A stretch of 64,000 bases of DNA from Thermodesulfobacteriota bacterium (GTDB lineage Bacteria; Desulfobacterota_D; UBA1144; Nemesobacterales; UBA2774): assembly GCA_965216785.1 (NCBI GenBank), contig OZ244197.1, forward strand, positions 2,272,001 to 2,336,000, in the 5' to 3' direction. The notes below the pieces were generated by a model, which worked only from the letters and a program-made list of their open reading frames with translations, was not told the origin of the DNA and did no database searches. Both the position numbers and the translations under genes were made by a program. Shown piece by piece: positions 48,243 through 59,175 of the stretch; the first letter of the stretch is position 1, and each line of letters starts with the position of its first letter.

Positions 48243-49352
48243 ATGAAAATATCCTGCATACTTGTCCATTACCATACCCCGGAGCTCCTGAAAAGAGCTG
48301 TAACGGCAATTGAAAATGACGCTTCCTCAAGCGGGCTTGATGTAGATATCATCGTTGTAGACAACGGCAGCGCGCAAAAAGACCATTCGCATCTTCAGAG
48401 CTTAAATGCAAAGCTTATTGAGCCGGGAGAAAATTTAGGCTACGCGGGGGGCGTAAACCTTGGGACTAAGCATTCAAATGCTGATGTTCTTATATTTATG
48501 AACCCCGATGTCGAGGTTTTGCCGGGCTGCATCGGGGCGCTTGTAAAAGCCCTTCAGGGCGGCGCGTCAGCGGCGGGTCCGAGGTTCTACATGGACTCTG
48601 AAAAACAGATTATCCTTCCTCCGCTTTTGTGGCTTACCAGAATGAACGAGATTATCTGGAGATCATCTGTACTGAGCAGAGGGCAGGCAAGATGGGTCAG
48701 AAATTACTGGCGCAGGCACGCGAAAAAGCAGTGGCTCGCGACCGCGCCGGATACAAATTACAACCTGACAGGCGCGCTTCTGGCTATAACCCGCCGGGCT
48801 TGGGAGCAGGTGGGTCCGTTCGATGAAGTGTTTAAACTTTACTTTGAAGAGGTCGACTGGCTTATGCGTCTAAGGAGAAAAGGGCTAAAAGCCTGCTATG
48901 TCCCCACTGCCGAGGCCCTGCACCTTGTAAATCAAAGCGCTATAAAAGAAAAGCTCGCTGAGAAATGGTACGCGGATTCTCTGGCTATATATAGGAGGCG
49001 GTACTACGGAGTATTCTTTACGGCATTTCTTGAACGCGTCGTTCCTGCGATGAGAGGTTTTATTTACATGATGCGAAACGGCGGGGAAGAAGTATACGAA
49101 ACAGAACTCCCGTCAATAGATTTAACAGACTATGATTCCGAACCGGGAAAACCGCTCTGGATCGAAGTCTCGACCCGAGAGCTTGGCATACCGGCTCTAG
49201 GTGTCCCGATCCACGAGGCCGGGCTTAAAAAGTGGGAGTTTCCGGAGTCGGGCTGGAATGCGCTAGGGCCCGGGAAATACTATTTAAGGTTAGTCAATAA
49301 TGACGGACAAGAGCTCGAGGAACGCAGGGTTTTTCACAAATCTGAAGAATAA
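48243..49352 (+). CDS. Glycosyltransferase family 2 (rhamnosyltransferase-like)
   Basis: IVVDNGS, NLGYAGGVN, MNPD, FDEVFKLYFEEVD. Confidence 0.88.
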   Translation: MKISCILVHYHTPELLKRAVTAIENDASSSGLDVDIIVVDNGSAQKDHSHLQSLNAKLIEPGENLGYAGGVNLGTKHSNADVLIFMNPDVEVLPGCIGALVKALQGGASAAGPRFYMDSEKQIILPPLLWLTRMNEIIWRSSVLSRGQARWVRNYWRRHAKKQWLATAPDTNYNLTGALLAITRRAWEQVGPFDEVFKLYFEEVDWLMRLRRKGLKACYVPTAEALHLVNQSAIKEKLAEKWYADSLAIYRRRYYGVFFTAFLERVVPAMRGFIYMMRNGGEEVYETELPSIDLTDYDSEPGKPLWIEVSTRELGIPALGVPIHEAGLKKWEFPESGWNALGPGKYYLRLVNNDGQELEERRVFHKSEE

Positions 49353-49444
49353 TTAGGAGATCCGTTTCTACACCTAATATTTTATGCGTCTGGTGCGCTT
49401 TGATAACTCTTGGTATACTCAACAGTGCACGCCTAAAAAATCGC

Positions 49445-49474
49445 TTGACTTTTTGATTGCCGATGTATTATCAT
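49445..49474 (+). promoter_or_regulatory. Putative sigma-70 promoter of proA
   Basis: TTGACT-N18-TATCAT. Confidence 0.5.
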
Positions 49475-49507
49475 TTAAGTACCCCTTTTGGTATGTAAAT
49501 TAGCTAA

Positions 49508-50791
49508 ATGTCTGAAATTAAAGCAAAAATAGATCCCAGAATGACAGCTCTAATAAGAGATATAGGAGAGAAATCACGTGTCGCCTCCAGAGAACTGGCC
49601 AAAGTGCGTCCGGAGCTAAAGGACCGCGCGCTACTTAAAATGGCTGATGATCTGGTAAAAAAAGCGGATTATCTGATTTCAGAAAATAAAAAAGACATAG
49701 AAGAGGCGGAGAAAAAAGGCCTGCAGGACTCTCTTATCGACAGGCTTACGCTTACTGCCGAGAGGATAGAGAAAATAGCCCTTGGCTTAAGGCAGGTAGC
49801 CTCGCTCACAGACCCTGTCGGCGAGGTAGTCCGCATGTGGACCAGACCCAACGGTCTGCGCGTGGGGAAAATGAGGATACCGCTTGGAGTAATAGGCATT
49901 ATATACGAGTCCCGTCCCAACGTTACAGCGGACGCGGCGGGGCTATGCGTAAAGTCAGGGAACGCCGTCATATTAAGGGGAGGCTCTGAGACTTTAAGGT
50001 CCAATCTCGCTATTGGGGAGCTTCTTAGGGATGCGCTCAGGCAAAGCGGTCTTCCCGAGGACTCCATACAGATCATCCCTGTTACCGAGCGCTCAGCTGT
50101 GTTGGAAATGTTAAAGCTCGAAGAGCTCATAGACCTGATTATCCCAAGAGGCGGGGAAGGACTAATAAGATTCGTCACAGAGAATTCCAGCATTCCGGTC
50201 TTAAAGCACTACAAAGGAGTTTGTCATGTGTTTGTCGATGAGTCAGCCGATCTTGATATGGCCGAGAGCATCAGCGTAAACGCCAAGGTGCAGAGGCCCG
50301 GTGTATGCAACTCGATGGAAACACTGCTGGTTCACGAAGGGATTGCAGGGCAATTTCTCCCGCGCGCCGTAAAAGCGTTTGCGGATAAAGGGGTCAGGAT
50401 TAAGGGATGCGAGAAGACTCGCGAGATTTCCCCTCAAGTGGAGGAAGCAACAGAAAACGACTACTATGAGGAGTATCTTGATCTAATAATGAACGTAAGA
50501 GTAGTACAGAGCTTAGAGCAGGCCGTAGAGCATATAGAAAAGTTCGGCTCTATGCACACGGAAACAATAGTAACGGAGGATTACAAAAGCTCTCAGGATT
50601 TTATTAACAGTGTAGGTTCTTCTACAGTAATGGTGAACGCATCCACCCGGTTCAGCGACGGTTTTGAGCTCGGGCTCGGAGCGGAGATCGGCATAAGCAC
50701 CACAAAGCTCCACGCGTTCGGTCCTATGGGAGTAGAGGAGCTGACAACGACAAAGTTCATAGTATTAGGCGAAGGTCAGATAAGGCAGTAA
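49508..50791 (+). CDS. proA: Gamma-glutamyl phosphate reductase
   Basis: [34 protein letters not shown]. Confidence 0.96.
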   Translation: MSEIKAKIDPRMTALIRDIGEKSRVASRELAKVRPELKDRALLKMADDLVKKADYLISENKKDIEEAEKKGLQDSLIDRLTLTAERIEKIALGLRQVASLTDPVGEVVRMWTRPNGLRVGKMRIPLGVIGIIYESRPNVTADAAGLCVKSGNAVILRGGSETLRSNLAIGELLRDALRQSGLPEDSIQIIPVTERSAVLEMLKLEELIDLIIPRGGEGLIRFVTENSSIPVLKHYKGVCHVFVDESADLDMAESISVNAKVQRPGVCNSMETLLVHEGIAGQFLPRAVKAFADKGVRIKGCEKTREISPQVEEATENDYYEEYLDLIMNVRVVQSLEQAVEHIEKFGSMHTETIVTEDYKSSQDFINSVGSSTVMVNASTRFSDGFELGLGAEIGISTTKLHAFGPMGVEELTTTKFIVLGEGQIRQ

Positions 50792-50816
50792 TTCCATCTT
50801 TAAAGGAGGATGGTAA

Positions 50817-52160
50817 TTGAGACAAGCACGACTGAAGAGTAAGAAGCTGACTGCATCCGATCACGGTACTACCAGAGTGGGTGCTCGTTCCAAGAAATCC
50901 AAAGACGGAGATAACAAGCTCTACAAGAGCTCGTATGAGAAATACTCCAAAGATACGACCAAGATAGAGCAGGACGAGATGTTTTTAATAGAAATGGACG
51001 AAAACGTCATCTCCGAGCTATCGCAGTCAAACCTAGAGCTTAAGGACGAATCAGAGAAGAAAGAGGAATCCGAGCAGGAGACAAAGCAGTGGACACCGGA
51101 CGAGGAGTTTAGGCTTCTCCAGGTTTATTTCAAGGAAATGGGCACCGAGCCCCTGCTAACCCCGAAAGAGGAAATTGAAGTTTCCGCTAAAATTAAAAGG
51201 TGCGAAGCCAGAGCCAAAGAGATGCGCTTCGTGCTGGAGTCTCTTTTTGAAAAGCGTTTGGGTAAAGCGCTTCAAAATACAGTTTCAAATGTAGAAGGGC
51301 GTAGCGCCAAGAACCGCGGCTCTTCGCTCGGCAATAGCTCGAATGGGCGCTCACAGAGTTCGATAAAAAGCCGCAGTGTTAATAAAAAGAGCCTAAGACG
51401 CTCGACGCTTCTCTCTAAAGCCTATCTTTCGAGAGCAAGGCGATTTAAGGAGCGGTTCATAAAAGCGAACCTCAGGCTCGTTGTCAGCATAGCGAAACGC
51501 TACATGAGCCGCGGGCTCCCGCTCCCGGACCTTATTCAGGAAGGCAACGTCGGGCTCATGCGCGCTGTCGAGCGCTTCGACCACACCAAGGGCTATAAGT
51601 TCTCGACCTACGCCTCTTGGTGGATCCACCAGGCCATATCACGCTCGCTTCTCGATCAGACCCGAACCATAAGGGTCCCGGTCTACGTGCTGGAGCAGGC
51701 GACCAAGGTGCACAGGATAAGCGCCGTAATGAATAAGGAGATGGGTAGAAAGCCTATGCCCGAAGAGATATCCAAAAAGACCGGCATATCTGTTGACGGC
51801 GTGAAAAGAGTGTTAGAGGCCACAAAAGAAGTAGTGCAGCTCGACTCTCCCGTTTTAGACGGTGAGAAAACGACTCTTCTCGATTTTATTCCGGACGACG
51901 TGACGGGCACGCCCGATTACGCCGTTGCCAGGGCGACCCTAACCACCAACATAATAGACGCTCTATCGACGCTTACTCCGCGCGAGGAGCAGATACTCAA
52001 AATGCGTTTCGGCATAGGGCATGAAACCACGTTCACTCTCGATGAGATAGGAAAGCACTTCCAGCTCACGCGTGAGAGGATTAGGCAGATCGAAAAGAGA
52101 GCGCTTGAGAAGTTAGAGGATTCAGAAGTGGGGGCGATACTAAAAAGCTTTCTTGAATAG
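50817..52160 (+). CDS. Sigma-70 family factor (RpoD/SigA-like paralog)
   Basis: [41 protein letters not shown]; TTG start after GGAGG. Confidence 0.9.
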   Translation: MRQARLKSKKLTASDHGTTRVGARSKKSKDGDNKLYKSSYEKYSKDTTKIEQDEMFLIEMDENVISELSQSNLELKDESEKKEESEQETKQWTPDEEFRLLQVYFKEMGTEPLLTPKEEIEVSAKIKRCEARAKEMRFVLESLFEKRLGKALQNTVSNVEGRSAKNRGSSLGNSSNGRSQSSIKSRSVNKKSLRRSTLLSKAYLSRARRFKERFIKANLRLVVSIAKRYMSRGLPLPDLIQEGNVGLMRAVERFDHTKGYKFSTYASWWIHQAISRSLLDQTRTIRVPVYVLEQATKVHRISAVMNKEMGRKPMPEEISKKTGISVDGVKRVLEATKEVVQLDSPVLDGEKTTLLDFIPDDVTGTPDYAVARATLTTNIIDALSTLTPREEQILKMRFGIGHETTFTLDEIGKHFQLTRERIRQIEKRALEKLEDSEVGAILKSFLE

Positions 52161-52165
52161 AATTA

Positions 52166-53821
52166 ATGCTCCTTGGACTCAGCCTTAAGAATTTCACTAT
52201 AATAGACGACATTTCCGTAAGCTTTACATCCGGACTCAATATAATTACGGGTGAGACCGGTGCGGGAAAGTCTATAATCATAGACGCGGTAAATATCATC
52301 CTCGGTGAAAAGGCCTCCCCGGATCTCATAAAAACGGACGCCGATGAGTCAAGGATCGAGGCCCTCTTCGATATTTCCTCATATCCCGTCATAAAAGAAA
52401 GACTTTTGTCCTCAGGGTTTGACGCCCCAGGAGACGAGCTTTTGATTAAACGCGTAATCTATCGTAAGGGCCGCACGAGGGTGCATATAAACGGCGAGAC
52501 CGCTACGCTGTCTATTCTAGAGCATGTAACAGAGGGCCTTATAGACGTTTTCAGTCAGCACGAGCATCAGACTCTGTTAAAGAAAGATAGCCACCTGAGA
52601 GTGCTCGATGACCTTGGTGGTCATGGAAAAGAGCTGAGAGGTTTAAGTGATATCTATACAAGACACAGGGAATTGAGCGCAGAGCTCAGGAAAATGAGTG
52701 ATGATGTTAGAGGTCTTTCGGAAAAAGAAGACTTTCTTAAATTCCAGCTCGATGAGATACAAAAGAGCGCCCTTAGACCGGGGGAAGACCAAGAGCTCGA
52801 GACGGAGAAACTTAGACTCCTTAACAGTGAAAAACTCTTATCCGCAACTAAGTCCGCGTATGAAGAGATTTATGAAAACGAGCCCTCTTTAAGCGGAAGG
52901 CTCAAGAGCTTGACCGCGGAGATTTTTGAGGCGGGAAAAATAGATGAGCCGCTCGGCAATATAGCCCGCGCCCTAGAGAATGCTATTTTACAGATAGAAG
53001 AAGCCTCCTTTACTCTTCGTGACTACGCCTCCGAGCTCAGCTTTGACACAGGGAGGCTTGATGAAATCGAGGAAAGGTTGAGGGACATAGCCGAGCTCAA
53101 AAGAAAGTACGGCGACACTATAAACGATATTTTAAAGAAAAGTGAAGGGATAGAAAAAGAACTCTCTTCCATTACCAATTACGACGAGCAATTACAAGAG
53201 CTTAGAAACAAGCTCGTTGATGCTGAAAAAATCTATTATAAAAATGCCGCTGAGTTATCTGAAAAAAGAAAGAAAGCTGGAGTCTCATTACAAAGAGTGC
53301 TTCAAAAAGAGCTGGGAAAGGTGGGTATAAAGGGGGCGCGGTTTACGGCGGAGTTCACGCAAAAAGATATGTCCTCAAACGGTATTGACGACGTTACTTT
53401 TCTGTTCTCGGCAAACCCGGACGAGGACCCGAAGCCCCTTTCTAGAGTAGCTTCGGGAGGGGAGCTCTCCCGCATAATGCTCGTACTTAAAGAGGCTATT
53501 GCCAGGACCGAGGGGGGCTCGGTAATAATATTCGACGAGGCGGACTCGGGCATCGGCGGGGCGGTGGCCGAAACGGTGGGAGAGAAGATAAAGAATTTAT
53601 CTGATCCCTATCAGGTCATATGCATCACTCACCTCCCGCAGGTCGCAAAGTTCGGCGACTCGCACCTGCTCGTGACTAAAACGCTAAAAGACGGCAAGAC
53701 CAGCGTCAGTGTAAATAACCTGGACGACAGTGAGAGGGTTCAGGAGCTCGCCCGGATGATAGGGGGCCTCAAGGTCACACAGAAAACTCTAGACGCGGCG
53801 CACGAAATGTTGGGAAGATAA
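52166..53821 (+). CDS. recN: DNA repair protein RecN
   Basis: TGETGAGKS, ASGGELSR, IFDE, ITHLPQVA. Confidence 0.95.
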   Translation: MLLGLSLKNFTIIDDISVSFTSGLNIITGETGAGKSIIIDAVNIILGEKASPDLIKTDADESRIEALFDISSYPVIKERLLSSGFDAPGDELLIKRVIYRKGRTRVHINGETATLSILEHVTEGLIDVFSQHEHQTLLKKDSHLRVLDDLGGHGKELRGLSDIYTRHRELSAELRKMSDDVRGLSEKEDFLKFQLDEIQKSALRPGEDQELETEKLRLLNSEKLLSATKSAYEEIYENEPSLSGRLKSLTAEIFEAGKIDEPLGNIARALENAILQIEEASFTLRDYASELSFDTGRLDEIEERLRDIAELKRKYGDTINDILKKSEGIEKELSSITNYDEQLQELRNKLVDAEKIYYKNAAELSEKRKKAGVSLQRVLQKELGKVGIKGARFTAEFTQKDMSSNGIDDVTFLFSANPDEDPKPLSRVASGGELSRIMLVLKEAIARTEGGSVIIFDEADSGIGGAVAETVGEKIKNLSDPYQVICITHLPQVAKFGDSHLLVTKTLKDGKTSVSVNNLDDSERVQELARMIGGLKVTQKTLDAAHEMLGR

Positions 53822-53907
53822 CCTAAATTTATCAAAATGAGACTATAATTTAGATTTAGCTGTAACAGACTGAAAATAAGAGAACGCATGTTAAAAGGTA
53901 ATCCACT

Positions 53908-54786
53908 ATGAAAGGGATAATATTAGCCGGGGGGGCGGGCACCAGGCTTCACCCTATAACCCGCGCCGTAAGTAAGCAGCTCCTGCCGATATACGACAAG
54001 CCGATGATCTACTACCCGCTGTCTGTGCTCATGGTTGCGGGTATAAGAGAGGTGTTGATAATCTCCACTCCTAAGGACCTCCCCAGGTTCCGTGAGCTAT
54101 TCGGCGACGGGTCTCACCTGGGGCTTCAAATCACATACGCAGAGCAGCCGAGCCCTAACGGGCTGGCGGAGGCGTTTATTATTGGCAGAGAGTTTATAGG
54201 CGGCGATACCGTATGCCTCATACTGGGAGATAACCTCTTCTATGGTCAAGGGCTTTCAGAGCTGCTACAAAAGTGCAGAAGATTAAGATCGGGCGGCATT
54301 GTGTTCGGTTATCCGGTAAAAGACCCCGAGCGTTACGGCGTAGTGGAGCTTGACGAGCTCGGAAACGTTATCGGTATATCTGAGAAACCCCAGCATCCAA
54401 AATCACGCTACGCGATCACAGGGCTATATTTCTACGATAACGACGTTGTGGATATTGCTTCATCCTTAAAGCCCTCAGCCCGTGGCGAGCTTGAGATTAC
54501 CGATGTTAACCTCGAGTACCTAGACAGGGGTACTCTGGCCGTTGAGCTTTTGGGCAGAGGGTATTCATGGCTTGATACCGGCACACACGACTCGCTGCAG
54601 CAGGCGGCAAGCTACATTCAGACCATTCAGGAGCGCCAGGGCTTTAAGATCGCCTGTATAGAAGAGATCGCTTACACAAAGGGTTTTATAGACTCTTCGG
54701 GCCTTCAAAAAATTGCACGCTCCATGTCAGGCACAGAATACGGGCAATATCTGATGGAAATACTAAAAGAGGAAGAGAATTCATGA
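53908..54786 (+). CDS. rfbA: Glucose-1-phosphate thymidylyltransferase
   Basis: [32 protein letters not shown]. Confidence 0.96.
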   Translation: MKGIILAGGAGTRLHPITRAVSKQLLPIYDKPMIYYPLSVLMVAGIREVLIISTPKDLPRFRELFGDGSHLGLQITYAEQPSPNGLAEAFIIGREFIGGDTVCLILGDNLFYGQGLSELLQKCRRLRSGGIVFGYPVKDPERYGVVELDELGNVIGISEKPQHPKSRYAITGLYFYDNDVVDIASSLKPSARGELEITDVNLEYLDRGTLAVELLGRGYSWLDTGTHDSLQQAASYIQTIQERQGFKIACIEEIAYTKGFIDSSGLQKIARSMSGTEYGQYLMEILKEEENS

Positions 54787-55352
54787 GCTTAAGCATAAAA
54801 GAGACAACGCTCCCGGGAGTAGTAATCATAGAATCGGAAATGTACTCAGACAGGCGCGGGTATTTCAGAGAGCTTTATCACAAGGAAAAATATTCCTCGC
54901 TCGGTTTAGACAAAGAGTTTGTACAAGATAACCATTCGCATTCTGTAAAAGGAGCGCTAAGGGGTCTTCACTACCAGCTCAAGAACTCTCAGGACAAGCT
55001 GATTACGGTGCTGACGGGCAAGATATTCGACGTTATAGTAGACATCAGAGCGGGTTCGCCCGACTTCGGGAAATGGTACGGCGTGTACCTGTCCTCGGAA
55101 AAAAATCATCAGATTTATATACCCGGGGGTTTTGCTCATGGGTTTTGTGTCCTGAGCGATACGGCAGACGTAGTATATAAATGTACGGATTTTTATTTCC
55201 CTGACGATGAGTACGGTCTTCTGTGGTCGGATGAGGACTTAAATATCGACTGGCCTGTTTCGGAACCGGTTGTCTCTGATAAAGACTGTGCTCACTTAGA
55301 GCTAAAGAATATAGACACAAAGTATCTGCCTATCTATAAGGGGTTGGGTTAA
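54783..55352 (+). CDS. rfbC: dTDP-4-dehydrorhamnose 3,5-epimerase
   Basis: FVQDNHS, LRGLHYQ, GFAHGF. Confidence 0.95.
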   Translation: MSLSIKETTLPGVVIIESEMYSDRRGYFRELYHKEKYSSLGLDKEFVQDNHSHSVKGALRGLHYQLKNSQDKLITVLTGKIFDVIVDIRAGSPDFGKWYGVYLSSEKNHQIYIPGGFAHGFCVLSDTADVVYKCTDFYFPDDEYGLLWSDEDLNIDWPVSEPVVSDKDCAHLELKNIDTKYLPIYKGLG

Positions 55353-55357
55353 AATAT

Positions 55358-55534
55358 ATGGGGACAGAGGCTGGGGGCAGCCGGGAGTGCGTAGCACGAT
55401 CCGGGGGAATAAAGTCAGAAAGTGCGATGCCGGGGAATTAATAGTGTGGACGGAGGCGAGCGCTTCACAGCGATGCCGGGGAGTTAATAGTGTGGACGGA
55501 GGCGAGCGCTTCACAGCGATGCCGGGGAATTAAT
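55358..55534 (+). repeat. GGGGACAGAGGC-family repeat array: module A plus two 46-bp B units
   Basis: A at 55358-55444; B (TGTGGACGGAGGCGAGCGCTTCACAGCGATGCCGGGGA) at 55445 and 55491. Confidence 0.9.
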
Positions 55535-55538
55535 CAAC

Positions 55539-56591
55539 ATGAAAAACTTACTCATAACCGGGGGCTCCGGGTTTATCGGGCTCAATTTTATCAGATTCCT
55601 GCTCACGGAAACAGATTTTCAGGGGCGAATTATAAACTTCGACAAGCTCACGTACGCGGCCAACCCAGAGAGCCTAATAGACATTAGAGAGAATTTCCCG
55701 GACAGGTATGTATTTATCAGGGGGGATATCGCCGACAGCGCCAGGCTTGAATCGGCATTCGATTCCTATTGTGTCGATGTGGTATGCCACTTTGCCGCAG
55801 AGTCACACGTAGACCGCTCAATCGCGGGTCCGGGAGAATTTATCACAACAAATATTATCGGCACCTATAATCTCCTGGAGGCGGTAAGGGAAAGGCACGA
55901 CCGGATCGAGCTATTCCATCACATCAGCACAGACGAGGTGTACGGTAGTTTAGGGGAAGAGGGCTATTTTACAGAGGCCACCGGCTATTCACCAAGCAGT
56001 CCGTACTCCGCCTCTAAAGCCTCCTCCGATCATTTAGTCAGAGCCTACCACAAAACCTATGGTGTACCGGTAAAGGTATCCAACTGCTCTAACAACTACG
56101 GCCCCTATCAGTTCCCGGAAAAGCTCATACCGCTTATTATTCTAAACGCGCTCGAGGAAAAACCGCTCCCTGTATACGGAGACGGAAAAAATGTAAGAGA
56201 CTGGCTCTTTGTGCGCGATCACTGCACGGCGGTGTGGGAGATTATGAAGCGCGGAGCTATAGGCCAAACCTACAATATCGGCGGCTCGGGAGAGCTGGAG
56301 AATATAAAAGTCGTAGAGACAATTTGCGATCTGATTGACAACATCTCCGGCAAGCCCGATTCCGTTAACTCCAGAAGAGAGCTTATAACTTATGTAGAGG
56401 ACCGCCCGGGTCACGACAGGCGCTACGCCATAGATTCGGCAAAGCTAAAAGCCGAGCTTGACTGGGAGCCCGAGGAGACTTTTTCAAGCGGACTGCTTAA
56501 AACCGTAAACTGGTATCTGGATAATCCCGACTGGGTACAGCACGTGCGCTCAGGCGAATACCTTGAGTGGATAGAAAATCACTACGGTTAA
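55539..56591 (+). CDS. rfbB: dTDP-glucose 4,6-dehydratase
   Basis: [29 protein letters not shown]. Confidence 0.96.
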   Translation: MKNLLITGGSGFIGLNFIRFLLTETDFQGRIINFDKLTYAANPESLIDIRENFPDRYVFIRGDIADSARLESAFDSYCVDVVCHFAAESHVDRSIAGPGEFITTNIIGTYNLLEAVRERHDRIELFHHISTDEVYGSLGEEGYFTEATGYSPSSPYSASKASSDHLVRAYHKTYGVPVKVSNCSNNYGPYQFPEKLIPLIILNALEEKPLPVYGDGKNVRDWLFVRDHCTAVWEIMKRGAIGQTYNIGGSGELENIKVVETICDLIDNISGKPDSVNSRRELITYVEDRPGHDRRYAIDSAKLKAELDWEPEETFSSGLLKTVNWYLDNPDWVQHVRSGEYLEWIENHYG

Positions 56592-56597
56592 GAGAGC

Positions 56598-56832
56598 ACG
56601 GGGACAGAGGCGAGTGCTTCACAGTGATGCCCGCCGGAATAAAATTATGGGGACAGAGGCGAGCGCTTCACAGCGATGCCCGCCGGAATAAAATTATGGG
56701 GACAGAGGCGAGCGCTTCACAGCGATGCCCGCCGGAATAAAATTATGGGGACAGAGGCTGGGGGCAGCCGGGAGTGCGTAGCACGATCCGGGGGAGTAAA
56801 GTCAGAAAGTGCGATGCCGGGGGAATTAATAG
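56598..56832 (+). repeat. GGGGACAGAGGC-family repeat array: three 49-bp tandem units plus module A
   Basis: ATGGGGACAGAGGCGAGCGCTTCACAGCGATGCCCGCCGGAATAAAATT at 56598 (variant), 56647, 56696; module A 56745-56832 nearly identical to 55358-55444. Confidence 0.92.
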
Positions 56833-57381
56833 TTACTGATAGCTTGCGAACACCACAGCGGCTACAACAGTTGTCCAAAGCCCGTTCTTATTTCCGACCG
56901 CTGTTTTTGTAATATTTTTTGTTCTTACAATGTGCCCGCTGATCTTCCAGATATCCTTTTGCTCGTCATAACTCTTGTCCGGATCAAAGGGAGCGCCGAT
57001 AGTTGTAGCCAGCATATATGCCGCCAGGTCCTCCGCGTACTCTCCCGCTACAGTGTCGTTTTCTCCGTAGCTGTGGTGCTCTGATATATAGCCGTGACGG
57101 CTATGTTCCTTTGGTATGGCAATCCCTGCGGAAGCGGCTATAAGCCTGTTGGGCTCGTTCGTCGCGTTCTCGCTCATCACTACATAAACGATCTCACCCG
57201 GACTGAGCGATTTAAGACCCTTTGCCCTGGGTACCAGAGTGCAGTTGGGCGGGAATATGCTCGATACTTTCACTAGATTAAACTCAGCGATCTTAGCGTC
57301 CCTGAGCGCCATCTCAAAACTGGTCAGCTTCTCTTTATGCTTCCCCACACCCTTAGTTATAAATGCGGTCTTTGGTACCAA
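56833..57381 (-). CDS. pdaD: Pyruvoyl-dependent arginine decarboxylase
   Basis: SFEMALRDA, NLVKVSSI self-cleavage site, GYISEH; TTG start after GGAGG. Confidence 0.88.
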   Translation of the reverse strand: MVPKTAFITKGVGKHKEKLTSFEMALRDAKIAEFNLVKVSSIFPPNCTLVPRAKGLKSLSPGEIVYVVMSENATNEPNRLIAASAGIAIPKEHSRHGYISEHHSYGENDTVAGEYAEDLAAYMLATTIGAPFDPDKSYDEQKDIWKISGHIVRTKNITKTAVGNKNGLWTTVVAAVVFASYQ

Positions 57382-57424
57382 ATTAATAATCCTCCGTTAT
57401 TTAATTCTTACTTTGCAATTTTCT

Positions 57425-57524
57425 AATTTTATTCCTGCTCCGGCATCGCTGTGAAGCGCTTGCCTCCGTCCTCTTGATTTTATTCCTGCGGGCATCGCTG
57501 TGAGGCGCTCGCCTCTGTCCCCAT
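57425..57524 (-). repeat. Two GGGGACAGAGGC-family units upstream of pdaD
   Basis: Minus strand reads ATGGGGACAGAGGCGAGCGCCTCACAGCGATGCCCGCAGGAATAAAATC then AAGAGGACGGAGGCAAGCGCTTCACAGCGATGCCGG. Confidence 0.88.
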
Positions 57525-57716
57525 ATAAATTAGCCTGATATTCTAACAGGTATTCGTGTAATTTCTATGAAGATTTTTATCGCTGGCATAATTTGGCAAA
57601 TTCCGACAATTACGGGTCCGGGCAAGCCCCCTTGAAAACCCCGATTCCGTGCATAAATTAAAATTGTAGGAAGTTATCAGGAAGTTTAGAGAAACAATTG
57701 CGCGAGGTAATCAAAC

Positions 57717-57935
57717 ATGACAATGAGAATTCAAGAATTTACTGTTGAGCCTGTTTGCGACTGCCCGCCGGGTACAGTGGGTTATAACAAAGAAGCTCAT
57801 ATGAAAGATACGCATGGTCCCATAACTTATTGGGACGTATATCTTGATGATAAAAGAATATCGACCGCCTCAACAAGAGAGCAGGCGGAGAAAACCAGAG
57901 ACTGGACCAAAAATTGGCTAGCTGGTGAAGTTTAA
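57717..57935 (+). CDS. Small hypothetical protein
   Basis: SD GAGGT; followed by terminator. Confidence 0.6.
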   Translation: MTMRIQEFTVEPVCDCPPGTVGYNKEAHMKDTHGPITYWDVYLDDKRISTASTREQAEKTRDWTKNWLAGEV

Positions 57936-57965
57936 TTAAAGAAAAAATGCCATCCATCCTCCTTT

Positions 57966-58009
57966 AAACCGCGCTGTAGTCTGTAACGGACCTCAGTGCG
58001 GTTTTTTTT
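57966..58009 (+). terminator. Intrinsic terminator
   Basis: AAACCGCGCTG...CAGTGCGGTTTTTTTT. Confidence 0.75.
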
Positions 58010-58136
58010 ATGTCATTTCGATTATACATTCCAATTTAAGTGCCTTATTTGCCCACTCGGTGTATTTGCTGTTTTGATCACTCAAAAGAAGGAGAGTATA
58101 GTATTCCCTCATTACGGAATTGTCGGAGACACTACA

Positions 58137-59171
58137 GTGAGAGCAGCGGTAACAGGCGGAACAGGATTCATAGGCGGAAAACTGGTCGAAGCGCTAGTGC
58201 GCGAAGGTTTTGAGGTCCGCTGCCTTGTTAGAGAAACGAGCGATACTACAAAATTAAAAGAGCTCGGCATTGAGCTCTTTAAGGGAGATTTGGGAGATAC
58301 CAAAGCGCTGGAAAAGCTTCCGCAAGGCGCTGACGTCGTCTTCAACCTCGCAGCGCTCGTGTCCGACTGGGGCTCTAAAGAGGATTTTTTCCGCTACAAT
58401 GTAGACGCAACCAAAACCCTGCTCGATGCCTCAGTCTCCTCAGGCGTAAAAAGATTTATCCACATGAGCTCTTCCACAGTTATATGGAAGTCTGACTTCT
58501 GGAACATTCACAACCTCGTAGACGTAGACGAAACATACCCCTACCGTGAGCGCTATAACGACAATTACAACGCCTCCAAAGCGGAAGCGGAAAAACTGGT
58601 GCTTAGCTACAACAACCCAGGGGAGCTTGAGACTGTTGTAATTAGACCCTCAAACGTATGGGGCGCGGGAGATACCGTAATACTGCCGCGCGTCGCTATG
58701 GCCGCGAAAAAGGGCATACTGATACCCATGGGCGGCGGACTAAAGACCGTAACTCCCTGCCACGTCGATAACCTCACGCAGGCTCTTGTTCTCTGCGTGG
58801 ATAACGAGAACGCCCCCGGCAATATCTACTTCATAAACGACGGGATTAAAATTGGCTATATGGACTTCATTGACGGACAGCTAAGAGCGTCCGGCATAGA
58901 ATGGAAGCCCGGGTTTTCCATTCCCTACAAAGTGGCCTACGTCATGGCCGCCGCGATGGAAGCCGTATTTAAGATCATGAAATCAAAAAAGCCTCCGGTG
59001 CTAACCCGTTTTGCCGTTGCGGCGCTTGCAGGGAGCAGGAGCTACTCGATAAATAAGGCCAGGAATGATCTTGGTTATTCCCCTTCAGCCGATATGGCCC
59101 GGGGATTTAAGGAAATGGAGGATTGGATAAAGGAGATAGGCGGTACAGAGGCGCTTCTTAATTACGTATAA
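58137..59171 (+). CDS. NAD-dependent epimerase/dehydratase (3-beta-HSD-like)
   Basis: VTGGTGFIG, YNASKAEAE; GTG start after GGAG. Confidence 0.85.
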   Translation: MRAAVTGGTGFIGGKLVEALVREGFEVRCLVRETSDTTKLKELGIELFKGDLGDTKALEKLPQGADVVFNLAALVSDWGSKEDFFRYNVDATKTLLDASVSSGVKRFIHMSSSTVIWKSDFWNIHNLVDVDETYPYRERYNDNYNASKAEAEKLVLSYNNPGELETVVIRPSNVWGAGDTVILPRVAMAAKKGILIPMGGGLKTVTPCHVDNLTQALVLCVDNENAPGNIYFINDGIKIGYMDFIDGQLRASGIEWKPGFSIPYKVAYVMAAAMEAVFKIMKSKKPPVLTRFAVAALAGSRSYSINKARNDLGYSPSADMARGFKEMEDWIKEIGGTEALLNYV

Positions 59172-59175
59172 CATT

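Noticed and set aside
56598-56832. Tandem 49-bp units as a CRISPR array
   Set aside because: Units are contiguous and nearly identical with no unique spacers; no cas genes in the window
56676-56912. ORFs read through the repeat arrays (also 55302-55514 and 55490-55687)
   Set aside because: Artefacts of repeats whose period is not a multiple of 3; they overlap real genes
57594-57599. Sigma-54 promoter in TGGCATAATTTGGCA (about 57584-57598)
   Set aside because: GG to GC spacing is 9 nt rather than the required 10
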